Source: an uncultured delta proteobacterium (GTDB taxonomy: Bacteria; Desulfobacterota; Binatia; Binatales; Binataceae). Taken from it: a DNA stretch of 64,000 nt. Made by a program: the position numbers and the translations under genes. Positions 30,363 to 39,787 of the stretch are shown here, piece by piece. The stretch covers positions 448,001 through 512,000 of the forward strand of contig CAVXXK010000001.1 of the NCBI GenBank assembly GCA_963765675.1, read 5' to 3'. Numbering within the stretch: position 1 is the stretch's first letter; each line of letters begins with the position of its first letter. Under the pieces are notes generated by a model. The model had not been told where the DNA came from. It did no database searches and was given only the letters and a program-made list of their open reading frames with translations.

Positions 30363-31258
30363 CGGACGCATCAGACAACAAGGCGGCCGACGACTTCGAA
30401 GCGCATCGGCGCCATCTGACCGGGCTCGCCTACCGGATGCTCGGCTCGATCGCCGAGGCGCAGGATGTGGTGCAGGAAACTTACCTGCGATGGCATCGGG
30501 CCGATCGCGCAAAGGTCAGCGATGCGCGGGCGTTCCTGTCGCAGACCGCGACGCGGCTATGCCTGGATCAACTGAAATCGGCGCGCGCGCGGCATGAGCA
30601 TTACGTCGGGCCCTGGCTTCCGGATCCGGTGCTGGACGAAGCCGCGCTCGCCGCCGAGAGCGCCGGCGACTATGCGCATGACCTTTCGGTCGCGCTGATG
30701 CTGACGCTGGAGCGGCTCTCGCCGCTCGAGCGCGCGGCGTTTTTGCTGCATGACGTGTTCGACATGAATTTTGACGAGGTCGCGGAGACGCTGGACCGCA
30801 GTTCGGCTTCCTGCCGCCAACTGGCTACGCGGGCTCGAGCCCGCGTGCGCGCCTCGCGCCCGCGCTTTCGTCCGTCCGAGCAGGAATGCGAACGGCTCGT
30901 CACCGCTTTTGGCGCCGCCGCTCAGAGCGGCGACGCCGCGGCGCTGGCAGGATTGCTCGCCGATGACGTGATCTATTATTCGGACGCGGGCGGCAGAGCG
31001 ACCTCAGCCCTAAGGCCGATAGCAGGACGCGACAAGGTCGTCCGCCTGGTCACCGGGCTCTCGAGGAAGGGCCTCGCGACGATTCGAAAGATCAGCGCGA
31101 CGCAGATCAACGGATCGCCGGGCTTCATCTTCGAGCGCGCGGGCGGCGAAATTCTGACCATGGCATTCGATTTCCGCGACGGCCGGATCGCGAATATCTA
31201 CCTGACGATGAACCCCGAAAAGTTGCGCCATCTCGGCGCGAGCTCGACGCCGACTTAG
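30359..31258 (+). CDS. ECF41 (SigJ-like) sigma factor with C-terminal SnoaL domain
   Basis: AYRMLGS, YVGPWLPDP, LERLSPLERAAFLL, DAGG, NPEKL. Confidence 0.92.
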   Translation: MTDASDNKAADDFEAHRRHLTGLAYRMLGSIAEAQDVVQETYLRWHRADRAKVSDARAFLSQTATRLCLDQLKSARARHEHYVGPWLPDPVLDEAALAAESAGDYAHDLSVALMLTLERLSPLERAAFLLHDVFDMNFDEVAETLDRSSASCRQLATRARARVRASRPRFRPSEQECERLVTAFGAAAQSGDAAALAGLLADDVIYYSDAGGRATSALRPIAGRDKVVRLVTGLSRKGLATIRKISATQINGSPGFIFERAGGEILTMAFDFRDGRIANIYLTMNPEKLRHLGASSTPT

Positions 31259-31259
31259 A

Positions 31260-32207
31260 TCATCGCGCGAGTTCCTTTACATAGTAATACGCCCGGTCCA
31301 CCTCGACGAAGCCGCATGACGGGTACAGCACGCGCGCGCGATCATTCACACTTGCGGTAGCGACCAAAGCGGTGTGCAGGCCACGCGACTGCATCCGGCG
31401 CAGGCCCTCGATAGTCACGGCGCGGGCGTATCCTCGTCCGGTGAAATCGGGGCGGCATCCGACCGGCTCGAAATGTCCGATGCGGTTGGCAGTGTCCTGC
31501 CATCCGATACAGTAGCTGAGGAATCTGCCGGTGGCGTCTTCCAGCACCACGTCAAGTTCCGGATCGTAGAGTGGCGCCGAGCGGAGCTTGCGATAACCGT
31601 CGATGGTTATCTTTGACGGACCCCAGACCGACCATGCGTCGCGATGGACGTCGACGCGCGCTTCGAGGTCGGCGTCGGTCGCGTGTCTTAGACGTAATCC
31701 CGCCGCCAGTTTCGGTTGAGCAATAGGAGCTGCGACCAGACTGAGCGAATAGAGGACGTCGAATCGGCCGGCCCGCGTGTAGCCATTTCGCTTCAGCAGT
31801 GCGATACGCTCAGGATCGCTATCGAGCACATGGGTTGAGAGCGTATTCTCGCCCAGCATCGCCCACGCCTTCGGGATTTTTTTACTGCCAGGGTGCAACA
31901 GACTCCGCCGTTGGCCTTCGGCCCATTTAAGGATTTCGCCCGCAAGCGAATCATCCAGCGACACGTCGGGTCCGATGTCGAAATCAAAATATAGCGGCGG
32001 GTCGAACCACGCGTATGCTGCGAGGTCGTCGTTATCAAACCACAGACAGATGTTCGCGCACTCGCCGGACCCGAGGCCCCACACGACATCGCCGGCCTTC
32101 ATATAGGTCGAGCGCGGCCAGCGCGCAGCGGTAGTCTTGCGGGCAAAATCGATCAGCAGATCAAGGTCAGCGGCGCCGGAATAGGCGCGCGAGATAAAAT
32201 GGTTCAT
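31260..32207 (-). CDS. GNAT family acetyltransferase
   Basis: FEPVGCRPDFTGRGYARA acetyl-CoA motif A, N..ARVLY..CGF. Confidence 0.82.
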   Translation of the reverse strand: MNHFISRAYSGAADLDLLIDFARKTTAARWPRSTYMKAGDVVWGLGSGECANICLWFDNDDLAAYAWFDPPLYFDFDIGPDVSLDDSLAGEILKWAEGQRRSLLHPGSKKIPKAWAMLGENTLSTHVLDSDPERIALLKRNGYTRAGRFDVLYSLSLVAAPIAQPKLAAGLRLRHATDADLEARVDVHRDAWSVWGPSKITIDGYRKLRSAPLYDPELDVVLEDATGRFLSYCIGWQDTANRIGHFEPVGCRPDFTGRGYARAVTIEGLRRMQSRGLHTALVATASVNDRARVLYPSCGFVEVDRAYYYVKELAR

Positions 32208-32297
32208 GACGAATCTCCTTGACGTGAACAGCTCGAGACCTCCCCGGTGGGAGGACTCCGTTGCGAAGCGAAGCGGGAGATTGTCTTAAAGAACCAT
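32208..32297 (-). promoter_or_regulatory. uORF (MVL*) plus SD-sequestering leader of the GNAT gene
   Basis: uORF 32297-32286; GACAATCTCC pairs with GGAGATTcGTC around the SD. Confidence 0.55.
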
Positions 32298-32372
32298 CGT
32301 CGTGGAGGGAACCCTTATCGCGACGAAAATATCACTACTCATTCAGCGACGCGCAATCAGGCCGGTCTGCCG

Positions 32373-32918
32373 CTAACGTCGCGCGAGGCCGAGCTGACGC
32401 AGTTCGCTTTCGCGCAGCGGCAAATCTGAGGCGAGGAAGAACTCGTCGAGCTGAGGCGGCGGCACTTGTGTACCCGAAAGCATCGCGTGCGCCTGGCCGC
32501 GATGGTGTATCTGATGCACAAACAGATGCGCGAGGACGGCGGCGATCGTCTCTCTATGGATCACGCCATCATTGCGATCGATTGTGACCTCACGCTCCAG
32601 GTCGGCTTCATTCACGCTGTCGCAGAATGCGATCAGCTCGCGATCCACTCCGGCTTGGGCGGCGGCAAGCTCGGCGGCATCCGGAAAAGGAATCTCATCT
32701 TCAGGGAAAAGACCGCCGACGCCCCTGAGAGCGGAGAGATAGAATTGATCGACGATCAAGATATGGTTCAGCGTCTGGCGCAGAGAGGGAAAGAAGCTCA
32801 CGCGCTCGGCCGCGAACTCCTCGGCCGTGAGCTCGGCGCACGCCCGATTCAGCCGAGCGTTGGACCAGGCATTGTTCCGCGCCATCGCGCGAAAGTGATC
32901 GCAAAGCGATGTGGGCAT
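32373..32918 (-). CDS. DinB family protein
   Basis: NNAWSNARL, TLNHILIVD, HLFVHQIHHRGQ. Confidence 0.88.
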   Translation of the reverse strand: MPTSLCDHFRAMARNNAWSNARLNRACAELTAEEFAAERVSFFPSLRQTLNHILIVDQFYLSALRGVGGLFPEDEIPFPDAAELAAAQAGVDRELIAFCDSVNEADLEREVTIDRNDGVIHRETIAAVLAHLFVHQIHHRGQAHAMLSGTQVPPPQLDEFFLASDLPLRESELRQLGLARR

Positions 32919-33004
32919 GAAACGCCTCCGGGCTAGTAGGCGACGCTGCGGCGAGCATACTCTACGCGTCTTCGAATTTCTGCCTCGGCGAAGCGCAGCA
33001 TCGA

Positions 33005-33309
33005 GTGTCATTCCCGCGCGTGGCTGCCGCGCGAGAGCCTGTCCTGAGCAAGGCCGAAGGAAATCCCGGACGAAAGGCCGCTGCATGAGGCGTGTACTCA
33101 GAGCATGGACGCCTCGGGATTCCTCGCCCAAGGCTCGGAATGACGGTTGGAGGCTCGGCTGAGACTACGATACTCGTGCACATGCGCACATTCGTCATTT
33201 CGACCAGCGGGAGAAATCCCGAGGCGTCCATGCTCCGCATCCACATCTCATGCAGTGCCCCTTCGTTCGGGACTCCTATCTCGCGGCAGACCTCGCGCGG
33301 GAATGACAC
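33005..33309. repeat. 305-bp palindromic composite REP element, copy A
   Basis: Terminal IR GTGTCATTCCCGCGCG / CGCGCGGGAATGACAC; four GTCATT-type REPs. Confidence 0.85.
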
Positions 33310-33446
33310 CGGTCGAAATCCACAGTAGTTTGACTGATAAATGATCCGCTGTTAGTTTCGTTTCGTTTATCGGTTCCATTCCCGGTTAATTTGAACGATT
33401 CTGATCATGTATCGCCGAATAAGCGCATGCGTGGAGTGATATCGCT

Positions 33447-34197
33447 GTGAAGATTCTGGTTCCAATCAAACGTGTTCCCGACCCCGCCACCACGATCCGC
33501 GTCCTCCCCGACGGCTCGGGTATCGCCACCGACAATGTCAAGTGGGTTATCAACCCGTTCGACGAGATCGCAATCGAAGAAGCCCTGCGGATCAAGGAAA
33601 AACAGGCGGGCAGCGAAGTCGTGCTGGTCACGATCGGACAATCGACCTGGCAGGAGCAGCTTCGCACCGGGCTTGCGATGGGCGCCGACCGCGCGATCCT
33701 GGTGAAGAGCGACGGCTACCTCGATCCGCTGGCGCTCGCGCGAATCCTCGCGAAGATCGCGGGCGACGAAAAGGCGGACCTCGTGCTGCTCGGCAAGCAG
33801 GCGATCGACGACGACTCGAACCAGGTCGGCCAGATGCTGGCCGAGATGCTCGGATGGCCGCAGGCGACCTTTGCTTCCAAGGTTGAGTTCGCGGACAAGC
33901 AAGGTCACCGTGATCCGCGAGGTCGACGGCGGCCTCGAAACGATCGCGTTCAACCTGCCCGCCGTCGTGACCACCGATTTGCGCCTCAACGAGCCGCGCT
34001 ACGCGTCGCTGCCGGGCATCATGAAGGCGCGCAAAAAAGAGCTCAAGGAAATTCCGGCCGAAAGCCTCGGCCTCGACCTCGCGCCCAAGCTCAAGATCAA
34101 ATCGCTGACGGCGCCGCCCAAGCGGCAAGCGGGAAAGAAAGTCGGCTCGGTCGCGGAGCTGGTCGGCGTGCTGCATACCGAAGCCAAGGTGATCTAA
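33447..34197 (+). CDS. etfB: electron transfer flavoprotein beta subunit (frameshift near 33900)
   Basis: [48 protein letters not shown]. Confidence 0.9.
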
Positions 34198-34287
34198 CCG
34201 GCGTGGGACAGAGGGATTATTTTCAACGACGATATCTCATCGCCTGCAATCGACCGCGCGCGCGGCGTGGAGCAGGCGGCGGAGTGA

Positions 34288-35268
34288 ATGCAAATGGGTG
34301 ACGTTCTTATTTTCGCCGAACATCTGGGCGGCCACTTTCCCAAGACCACGCTGACCGCGATTCACGCGGGGATCGAGCTCGCGCAAAAGCGCGGCGGAAA
34401 AGCGATCGCGGTCGTCGCGGGTGACGCGCCCGAGGCGGTCGCCGCGGAGATCGCCAAGTACGGCGCATCCAAAGTGATCGCGCTGGCGCATCCTGCGCTG
34501 AAGAATTATCTCGCCGACGCGCACGCGGCCGCTCTCGCCGCGCTGGTCAAGAAAACCGGGGCGGAATTCGTGCTCGCGACCGCAACCGCGATCGGCAAGG
34601 ACCTCGCGCCGCGGCTGGCCGCGCGGTTGAACGCGCCGATGGCTTCCGAAATCACCGCGATTAACGACGACGGCACCTACGTGCGTCCGATGTACGCGGG
34701 CAACGCGATGGCCACGATCGAGCTCGACGGTCCGGTCAAGGTGATTACAGTGCGCGGCACCGCGTTCGACGCGGCCAAGCCCGCCGCGGCTGCGTCTCCG
34801 ATCGAAAAGCTTGACGCCGAGATCGACGCCGCCGCGCTCAAGCAGGAGTTCGTCTCCTTCAACCAGACCAAGAGCGACCGCCCGCAACTCACCGAGGCGC
34901 GGATCGTCGTTTCAGGAGGACGCGGACTAAAGTCGGGCGAAAATTTCAAAATCGTGCTCGAACCGCTGGTCGATGAAATGGGCGCCGCGATGGGCGCGTC
35001 GCGCGCGGCCGTCGACGCGGGCTTCGTGCCCAATGATTTGCAGGTCGGGCAGACCGGCAAGGTCGTCGCGCCCGAGCTTTACGTCGCAGTCGGAATCTCC
35101 GGCGCGATCCAGCATCTGGCCGGAATGAAGGACTCGAAAATTATCGTCGCGATCAACAAGGACGAAGAGGCGCCGATCTTCAGCGTCGCCGACTACGGCC
35201 TGGTCGCCGATCTATTCAAAGCCGTGCCCGAGATGGTCGAAGAGCTGAAGAAGGTCAAAGCGCACTGA
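34288..35268 (+). CDS. etfA: electron transfer flavoprotein alpha subunit
   Basis: [41 protein letters not shown]. Confidence 0.95.
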   Translation: MQMGDVLIFAEHLGGHFPKTTLTAIHAGIELAQKRGGKAIAVVAGDAPEAVAAEIAKYGASKVIALAHPALKNYLADAHAAALAALVKKTGAEFVLATATAIGKDLAPRLAARLNAPMASEITAINDDGTYVRPMYAGNAMATIELDGPVKVITVRGTAFDAAKPAAAASPIEKLDAEIDAAALKQEFVSFNQTKSDRPQLTEARIVVSGGRGLKSGENFKIVLEPLVDEMGAAMGASRAAVDAGFVPNDLQVGQTGKVVAPELYVAVGISGAIQHLAGMKDSKIIVAINKDEEAPIFSVADYGLVADLFKAVPEMVEELKKVKAH

Positions 35269-35279
35269 GGCATCGAACG

Positions 35280-36242
35280 ATGGCCGAGCTGCAGCATAAA
35301 TTCGCCACGACCAACGGAATCAAGATGCACTACGTCGAGCAGGGCACGGGCCCGCTCGTTGTCCTGTGCCACGGATGGCCGGAGTCGTGGTACTCGTGGC
35401 GGCATCAGATTCCAGCGCTCGCCGCGGCGGGCTTCCGCGTTGTCGCGCCCGATCAGCGCGGCTACGGACGCACGGATCGGCCCGAGGCGATCGAGGCCTA
35501 CAACATCTTCAATCTCACCGGCGATATCGTTGGACTGGTGCATGCGCTTGGCGAGTCGAAGGCGATAGTCGTCGGACACGATTGGGGCGCGCCGGTTGCG
35601 TGGCACTGCGCGCTCTTGCGGCCTGATATCTTTTACGCGGTCGGTCTTTTGAGCGTGGCGTTTTTGCCGCGCGGCCCGATTCGTCCTTCCGACGGGATGA
35701 AGGCGCTCGAGGGCAAGACCAACTGGTTCTATCAGCATTACTTTCAGGAGCCGGGACGGATCGAGAAGGAACTCGACGAGGATCCGCGCCGCTCGATTAC
35801 GATGATGCTGTACTCGGCGTCGGGCGATCCGCCGCCCGCCGAGCGTTGGAAGTTCCTGTTTCCGCGCTCGTACAAATTCCTCGAAAGCGGCACGATTCCC
35901 GGCCGGCTTCCCAGCTGGCTCACGGAGGAAGATATCGATTTCTACGCCGCCGAATTCGGCAACTCGGGCTTCCGCGGCGGTATCAACTGGTATCGCAATA
36001 TCGATCGCAACTGGGAGATGACCGGCTTCCTTGACGGCGTGAAGCTCACGCAGCCCTCGATGTTCGTGGCCGGCGAGCACGACGTCGTCCTCGCGATGTA
36101 TCCCGATGCGCCGAAAGTCGTCGATTTCTCGATGCCGAATTGCCGCAAAAAAGTGATCATCCCCGGCGCAGGTCACTGGCTCCAGCAGGAGCGTCCCAAA
36201 GAAATCAACGACTTATTGATCGAGTTCGTCAAGGGCCTCTGA
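35280..36242 (+). CDS. epoxide hydrolase-like alpha/beta hydrolase
   Basis: HGWPE, RGYGRT, GHDWGA, NWYRN, GHWLQQE. Confidence 0.9.
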   Translation: MAELQHKFATTNGIKMHYVEQGTGPLVVLCHGWPESWYSWRHQIPALAAAGFRVVAPDQRGYGRTDRPEAIEAYNIFNLTGDIVGLVHALGESKAIVVGHDWGAPVAWHCALLRPDIFYAVGLLSVAFLPRGPIRPSDGMKALEGKTNWFYQHYFQEPGRIEKELDEDPRRSITMMLYSASGDPPPAERWKFLFPRSYKFLESGTIPGRLPSWLTEEDIDFYAAEFGNSGFRGGINWYRNIDRNWEMTGFLDGVKLTQPSMFVAGEHDVVLAMYPDAPKVVDFSMPNCRKKVIIPGAGHWLQQERPKEINDLLIEFVKGL

Positions 36243-36255
36243 GCACTTTGAAGAT

Positions 36256-36358
36256 ACCCTCTCCCCCGGGAGGTGCCACTGGCACGCGGGCGGCGCGGCG
36301 CTATGCTTGCGTTCTTTTCGCAAGCATCGTGACGCGCGGGTGAGGGTGCTGCTCTGCG
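36256..36358 (+). repeat. CCCTCTCCC...GGGTGAGGG REP
   Basis: Direct copy of 29261-29349; its end is inverted relative to 39545-39565. Confidence 0.8.
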
Positions 36359-36465
36359 CATTTGCCGCATCAGCCTTTCGACTGACTTGGATCGGTACTT
36401 TTCAGCCCGAACTGGCCAGTCTCCCGCACATCCTCGGACCTAATACTCTGCGCGTCCGGCCCGGA

Positions 36466-36483
36466 TTTAACATTCCCGTAACA
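36466..36483 (+). promoter_or_regulatory. Pho-box-like tandem repeat
   Basis: TAACA at 36468 and 36479 (11-bp period), TATAGT -10 about 23 nt downstream, upstream of pstS. Confidence 0.55.
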
Positions 36484-36564
36484 GAACCGACCCGGGCTAA
36501 TAAAGTATAGTCGTTAGCATTAGGGATGAAACTTTGAATTGTCTTCGCACTTGGAGGTGCATCG

Positions 36565-37596
36565 ATGTCGCTTTCGTCCCACGTTCGCAGAGCCATCGTC
36601 TTCACGGCGGCTGCCGTGTTGACTCTCGCCGCGTCGGCGGTGTTCGCGTCCACGCAACTCACGGGCGCAGGTTCGACCTTCGACTATCCGTTCTTTTCAA
36701 AGGCATTTTACGAATACAGCCAGCAGCGTTCCGATGTCACGGTCAATTACCAGTCGATCGGCAGCGGAGGCGGAATCCAGCAGTTCATCGCGAAGACGGT
36801 TGATTTTGGCGCCTCCGATGTGCCGATGAATGCAGAGGAACTCAAGCTCGCACAGGGACCGGTTTTGCAGGTTCCGGTCACCCTGGGCGGAGCCGCGATG
36901 GGCTACAATTTGCCCGGGATCGCGAAGGGTCTCCGCCTGACGCGCCAACTGATTGCCGAGATCTTCCTGGGCAAAGTAACCAAGTGGAACGACTCCGCGA
37001 TCGTGAAGGCGAACCCGGGCATGAAACTGCCTGATATGCCGATTACAGTCGTCCATCGCTCCGACGGTTCCGGCACGACTTATATCTTCACCGATTTTCT
37101 GAGCAGCGTGTCTCCTGAATGGAAGCAAAAAGTTGGGACCGGCAAGAGCGTCCAGTGGCCTGTGGGCCTTGGCGGCAAAGGCAATGAAGGTGTGGCGGGA
37201 CAGGTGCGCCAGACGCCAGGCGCGATCGGATATATCGAGCTGGCCTACGTGCTCGAAAACGAAATGACGTATGCGCAGGTGGAGAACAAATCCGGCGCGT
37301 TTGTCTATCCGTCTATCGAGACGGTCGCGGATGCCGCGGCCAGCAAACCGGAAGTCAGTGCAACGGACTTTTCGATCGTCGATGCGTCCGGCGCCAATTC
37401 GTATCCGATCAGCGGATACTCGTGGGTCATGCTCTACGAAAAGCCGTCAGACGCCGCGCGCGCGAAGCTCGTGAAACAGACCCTCGAATGGTTAGTCACA
37501 AAAGGTCAGTCAGTCGCGAAATCAGTTGACTATGTACCGCTTCCGGATAACGTCCAGAAACAAGCGCTGAAGGTCATCTCGCAGATGCAGGCGTAG
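36565..37596 (+). CDS. pstS: phosphate ABC transporter substrate-binding protein
   Basis: GAGSTF, YQSIGSGGG, DFGASD, RSDGSGTT, GKGNEGV, YPISG. Confidence 0.95.
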   Translation: MSLSSHVRRAIVFTAAAVLTLAASAVFASTQLTGAGSTFDYPFFSKAFYEYSQQRSDVTVNYQSIGSGGGIQQFIAKTVDFGASDVPMNAEELKLAQGPVLQVPVTLGGAAMGYNLPGIAKGLRLTRQLIAEIFLGKVTKWNDSAIVKANPGMKLPDMPITVVHRSDGSGTTYIFTDFLSSVSPEWKQKVGTGKSVQWPVGLGGKGNEGVAGQVRQTPGAIGYIELAYVLENEMTYAQVENKSGAFVYPSIETVADAAASKPEVSATDFSIVDASGANSYPISGYSWVMLYEKPSDAARAKLVKQTLEWLVTKGQSVAKSVDYVPLPDNVQKQALKVISQMQA

Positions 37597-37657
37597 CTAC
37601 TTACTCGGATATGCATTTCTGATTGATGAGTGAGTACCCACTCCGGAACGATTCAAA

Positions 37658-38698
37658 ATGGCGGATACTGACGAGCACAATACCAGCGGCAATTTCGGAT
37701 TCGCTCTCGCACCCGGAATGAACGCCGGTAATCCCGCGCTCAATCCTATGGTCGAGCCGCGAGCCCAGCCAGTCCGCCTGAGGCTGCCGCATGCGCCTCG
37801 TGGGACCGGCTTCGACCTATGCGTCTACGGAGCGACGTTCGCCTTTCTGGCCCTGGTGATTGGACTCTTCATCGAGCTTCTATGGAGCTCGCGGCTGTCG
37901 CTCTCGACCTTTGGATTGTCGTTCCTATGGACCAGCGAATGGAATCCGGTAACTAACCAGTTCGGCGCGCTGCCTTTCATCTACGGAACTGTCGTCAGCT
38001 CCGCAATCGCCATTCTGCTCGCCGGAGTCGTTGGCGTGCTCGCCGGCGCGTTTCTGGCGGAATTCTGTCCGCTACGCCTGTCAGGTCCGCTCAGCTTTGT
38101 GATCGAGCTGCTCGCCGCGGTTCCGAGCGTAGTTTATGGCTTGTGGGGATTGTTTATTCTCGCGCCCGTCATGCGCGACTATGTCGAGCCGTTCCTGCAG
38201 CACTACCTCGGCTTTTTGCCGATCTTCTCGGGAACGATCTACGGCGTCGGTATGCTCACCGCGGGAGTGCTTCTGGCTATTATGATTGTTCCCACCGTCA
38301 CCGCTATCTCCCGCGACGTGATGGCCGCCATTCCGCAGACGCAGCGCGAAGCGATTTGGGCGCTGGGCGCAACGCGCTGGCAGAGTTTTCAGATGGTGGT
38401 GCTGCCGGGCTCGCGCGCGGGCGTTTTCGGCGCGTGTATCCTGGCCCTTGGCCGTGCCCTTGGAGAAACTATCGCCACCACGATGGTTATAGGCAATCGG
38501 CCCGCGATCGCAGCTTCACTCTTCGCCCCCGGATATAGTATTTCGAGCGTTATAGCCAATGAGTTCACCGAGGCGACTACCCAAGTCTACCTCAGCTCGC
38601 TGATCGAGCTCGGACTGCTGCTCTTTATCATCAGCGTGATTGTAAATGCGCTCGCGCGCGTCCTGCTCTGGACTATCTTCCGCCCGATGGAGAGCTAA
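37658..38698 (+). CDS. pstC: phosphate ABC transporter permease
   Basis: IELLAAVPSVVYGLWG, LGATRWQ, LGRALGET; start uncertain. Confidence 0.93.
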   Translation: MADTDEHNTSGNFGFALAPGMNAGNPALNPMVEPRAQPVRLRLPHAPRGTGFDLCVYGATFAFLALVIGLFIELLWSSRLSLSTFGLSFLWTSEWNPVTNQFGALPFIYGTVVSSAIAILLAGVVGVLAGAFLAEFCPLRLSGPLSFVIELLAAVPSVVYGLWGLFILAPVMRDYVEPFLQHYLGFLPIFSGTIYGVGMLTAGVLLAIMIVPTVTAISRDVMAAIPQTQREAIWALGATRWQSFQMVVLPGSRAGVFGACILALGRALGETIATTMVIGNRPAIAASLFAPGYSISSVIANEFTEATTQVYLSSLIELGLLLFIISVIVNALARVLLWTIFRPMES

Positions 38699-39538
38699 GT
38701 GCAGACGCCAATCACACTACGCCATCCGCGCAGCGCACTGGGAATTTTCGCTGCCGCTTTCTGTGCTGGCGGGGTCGCAGTTATCCTGCTGCTGATCCTC
38801 GGCTACGTCATCCGCGAGGGCATTGGCGCAATCTCGCTCAGCTTCCTGACCGAACTGCCGCATCCGGTTGGCGTACCGGGAGGCGGAGTGGGCAATGGAC
38901 TCGTGGGCAGCGCGATTATCGTGGGACTGGCTGCTGTAATGGCTATTCCGATCGGCACTCTCACCGGTCTCTATTTGACCTATTTTGGACGCGGGACGTT
39001 CGCAGCCACGGTGCGCTTCCTTTCGGATGTTCTCTCCGGAATTCCGAGTATCGCGATTGGACTGTTCGCCTACACGATACTGGTGGCGCCGCTGAAGCAC
39101 TTTTCGGCTTTCTCGGCTTCCTTTGCTTTCGCAATCCTGATGCTGCCCGTGATTATCACCACTACTGAGTCCGCGATCAAAGGAGTATCGCACGAACTTT
39201 ACGAGGCGGCGCTCGCGCTCGGCGTGTCGCGTCATCACGCGATCATCCACGTGATCCTTCCGTCCGCTCGTTCCGGAATAATCACGGGAATCGTACTGGC
39301 TATCGCCAGGGTTACGGGCGAAACCGCGCCTCTGCTCTTCACCGCCTTCGGCAGCCAGTTCTGGGAACTCAATCCAAACAATCCGATGGCGGAATTGTCG
39401 TTGCAGGTCTTCACCTACGCGATCTCTCCATACAAATCGTGGCACGAGCAGGCGTGGGGCGGAGCTTTGCTGCTCATCGTTATCGTGTTCGTCATGAACC
39501 TCGGCGCTCGCGTCGCGTTGAAGCCACGTTTCCGCTGA
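38699..39538 (+). CDS. pstA: phosphate ABC transporter permease
   Basis: LSGIPSIAIGLF, EAALALG, IARVTGETAPLL, QAWGGAL. Confidence 0.93.
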   Translation: MQTPITLRHPRSALGIFAAAFCAGGVAVILLLILGYVIREGIGAISLSFLTELPHPVGVPGGGVGNGLVGSAIIVGLAAVMAIPIGTLTGLYLTYFGRGTFAATVRFLSDVLSGIPSIAIGLFAYTILVAPLKHFSAFSASFAFAILMLPVIITTTESAIKGVSHELYEAALALGVSRHHAIIHVILPSARSGIITGIVLAIARVTGETAPLLFTAFGSQFWELNPNNPMAELSLQVFTYAISPYKSWHEQAWGGALLLIVIVFVMNLGARVALKPRFR

Positions 39539-39544
39539 TCGCGG

Positions 39545-39600
39545 GCAGAGCAGCACCCTCACCCGCCGCTTCGCGGCACCCTCTCCCGGAGGGCGAGGGA
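39545..39600 (-). repeat. REP of the same family as 29261 and 36256, inverted
   Basis: GCAGAGCAGCACCCTCACCCG...CACCCTCTCCCGGAGGGCGAGGG. Confidence 0.8.
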
Positions 39601-39671
39601 ATAAGAAGGAGCTTCCGCCTTTGATTGCATCGCTCGAGGCGGGGCGTTAGATTCCAGCTTATCTCACCACA

Positions 39672-39787
39672 AGAGGCCAAAGGTGTGCGGAAGTAACTGA
39701 ATTCCATTTGTCGTCCGAACGACAACCCCTACGCGGATGGCGCGAACTCTTCGTCCATGCGCGTGGAACAATGGAGCAGTTACGATG
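39672..39787 (+). promoter_or_regulatory. uORF plus SD-sequestering leader of the ABC-F gene
   Basis: AGAGG SD, uORF GTG-TGC-GGA-AGT-AAC-TGA (39683-39700); GTAACTG..TTCCATT pairs with AATGGAG-CAGTTAC before ATG 39785. Confidence 0.65.

Noticed and set aside
33005-33309. CRISPR array in the repeat clusters
   Set aside because: Units are inverted and heterogeneous, spacers mirror each other rather than being unique, and no cas genes are present.
33880-33910. Programmed frameshift in etfB
   Set aside because: No canonical slippery heptamer, and similar breaks occur in many unrelated genes.
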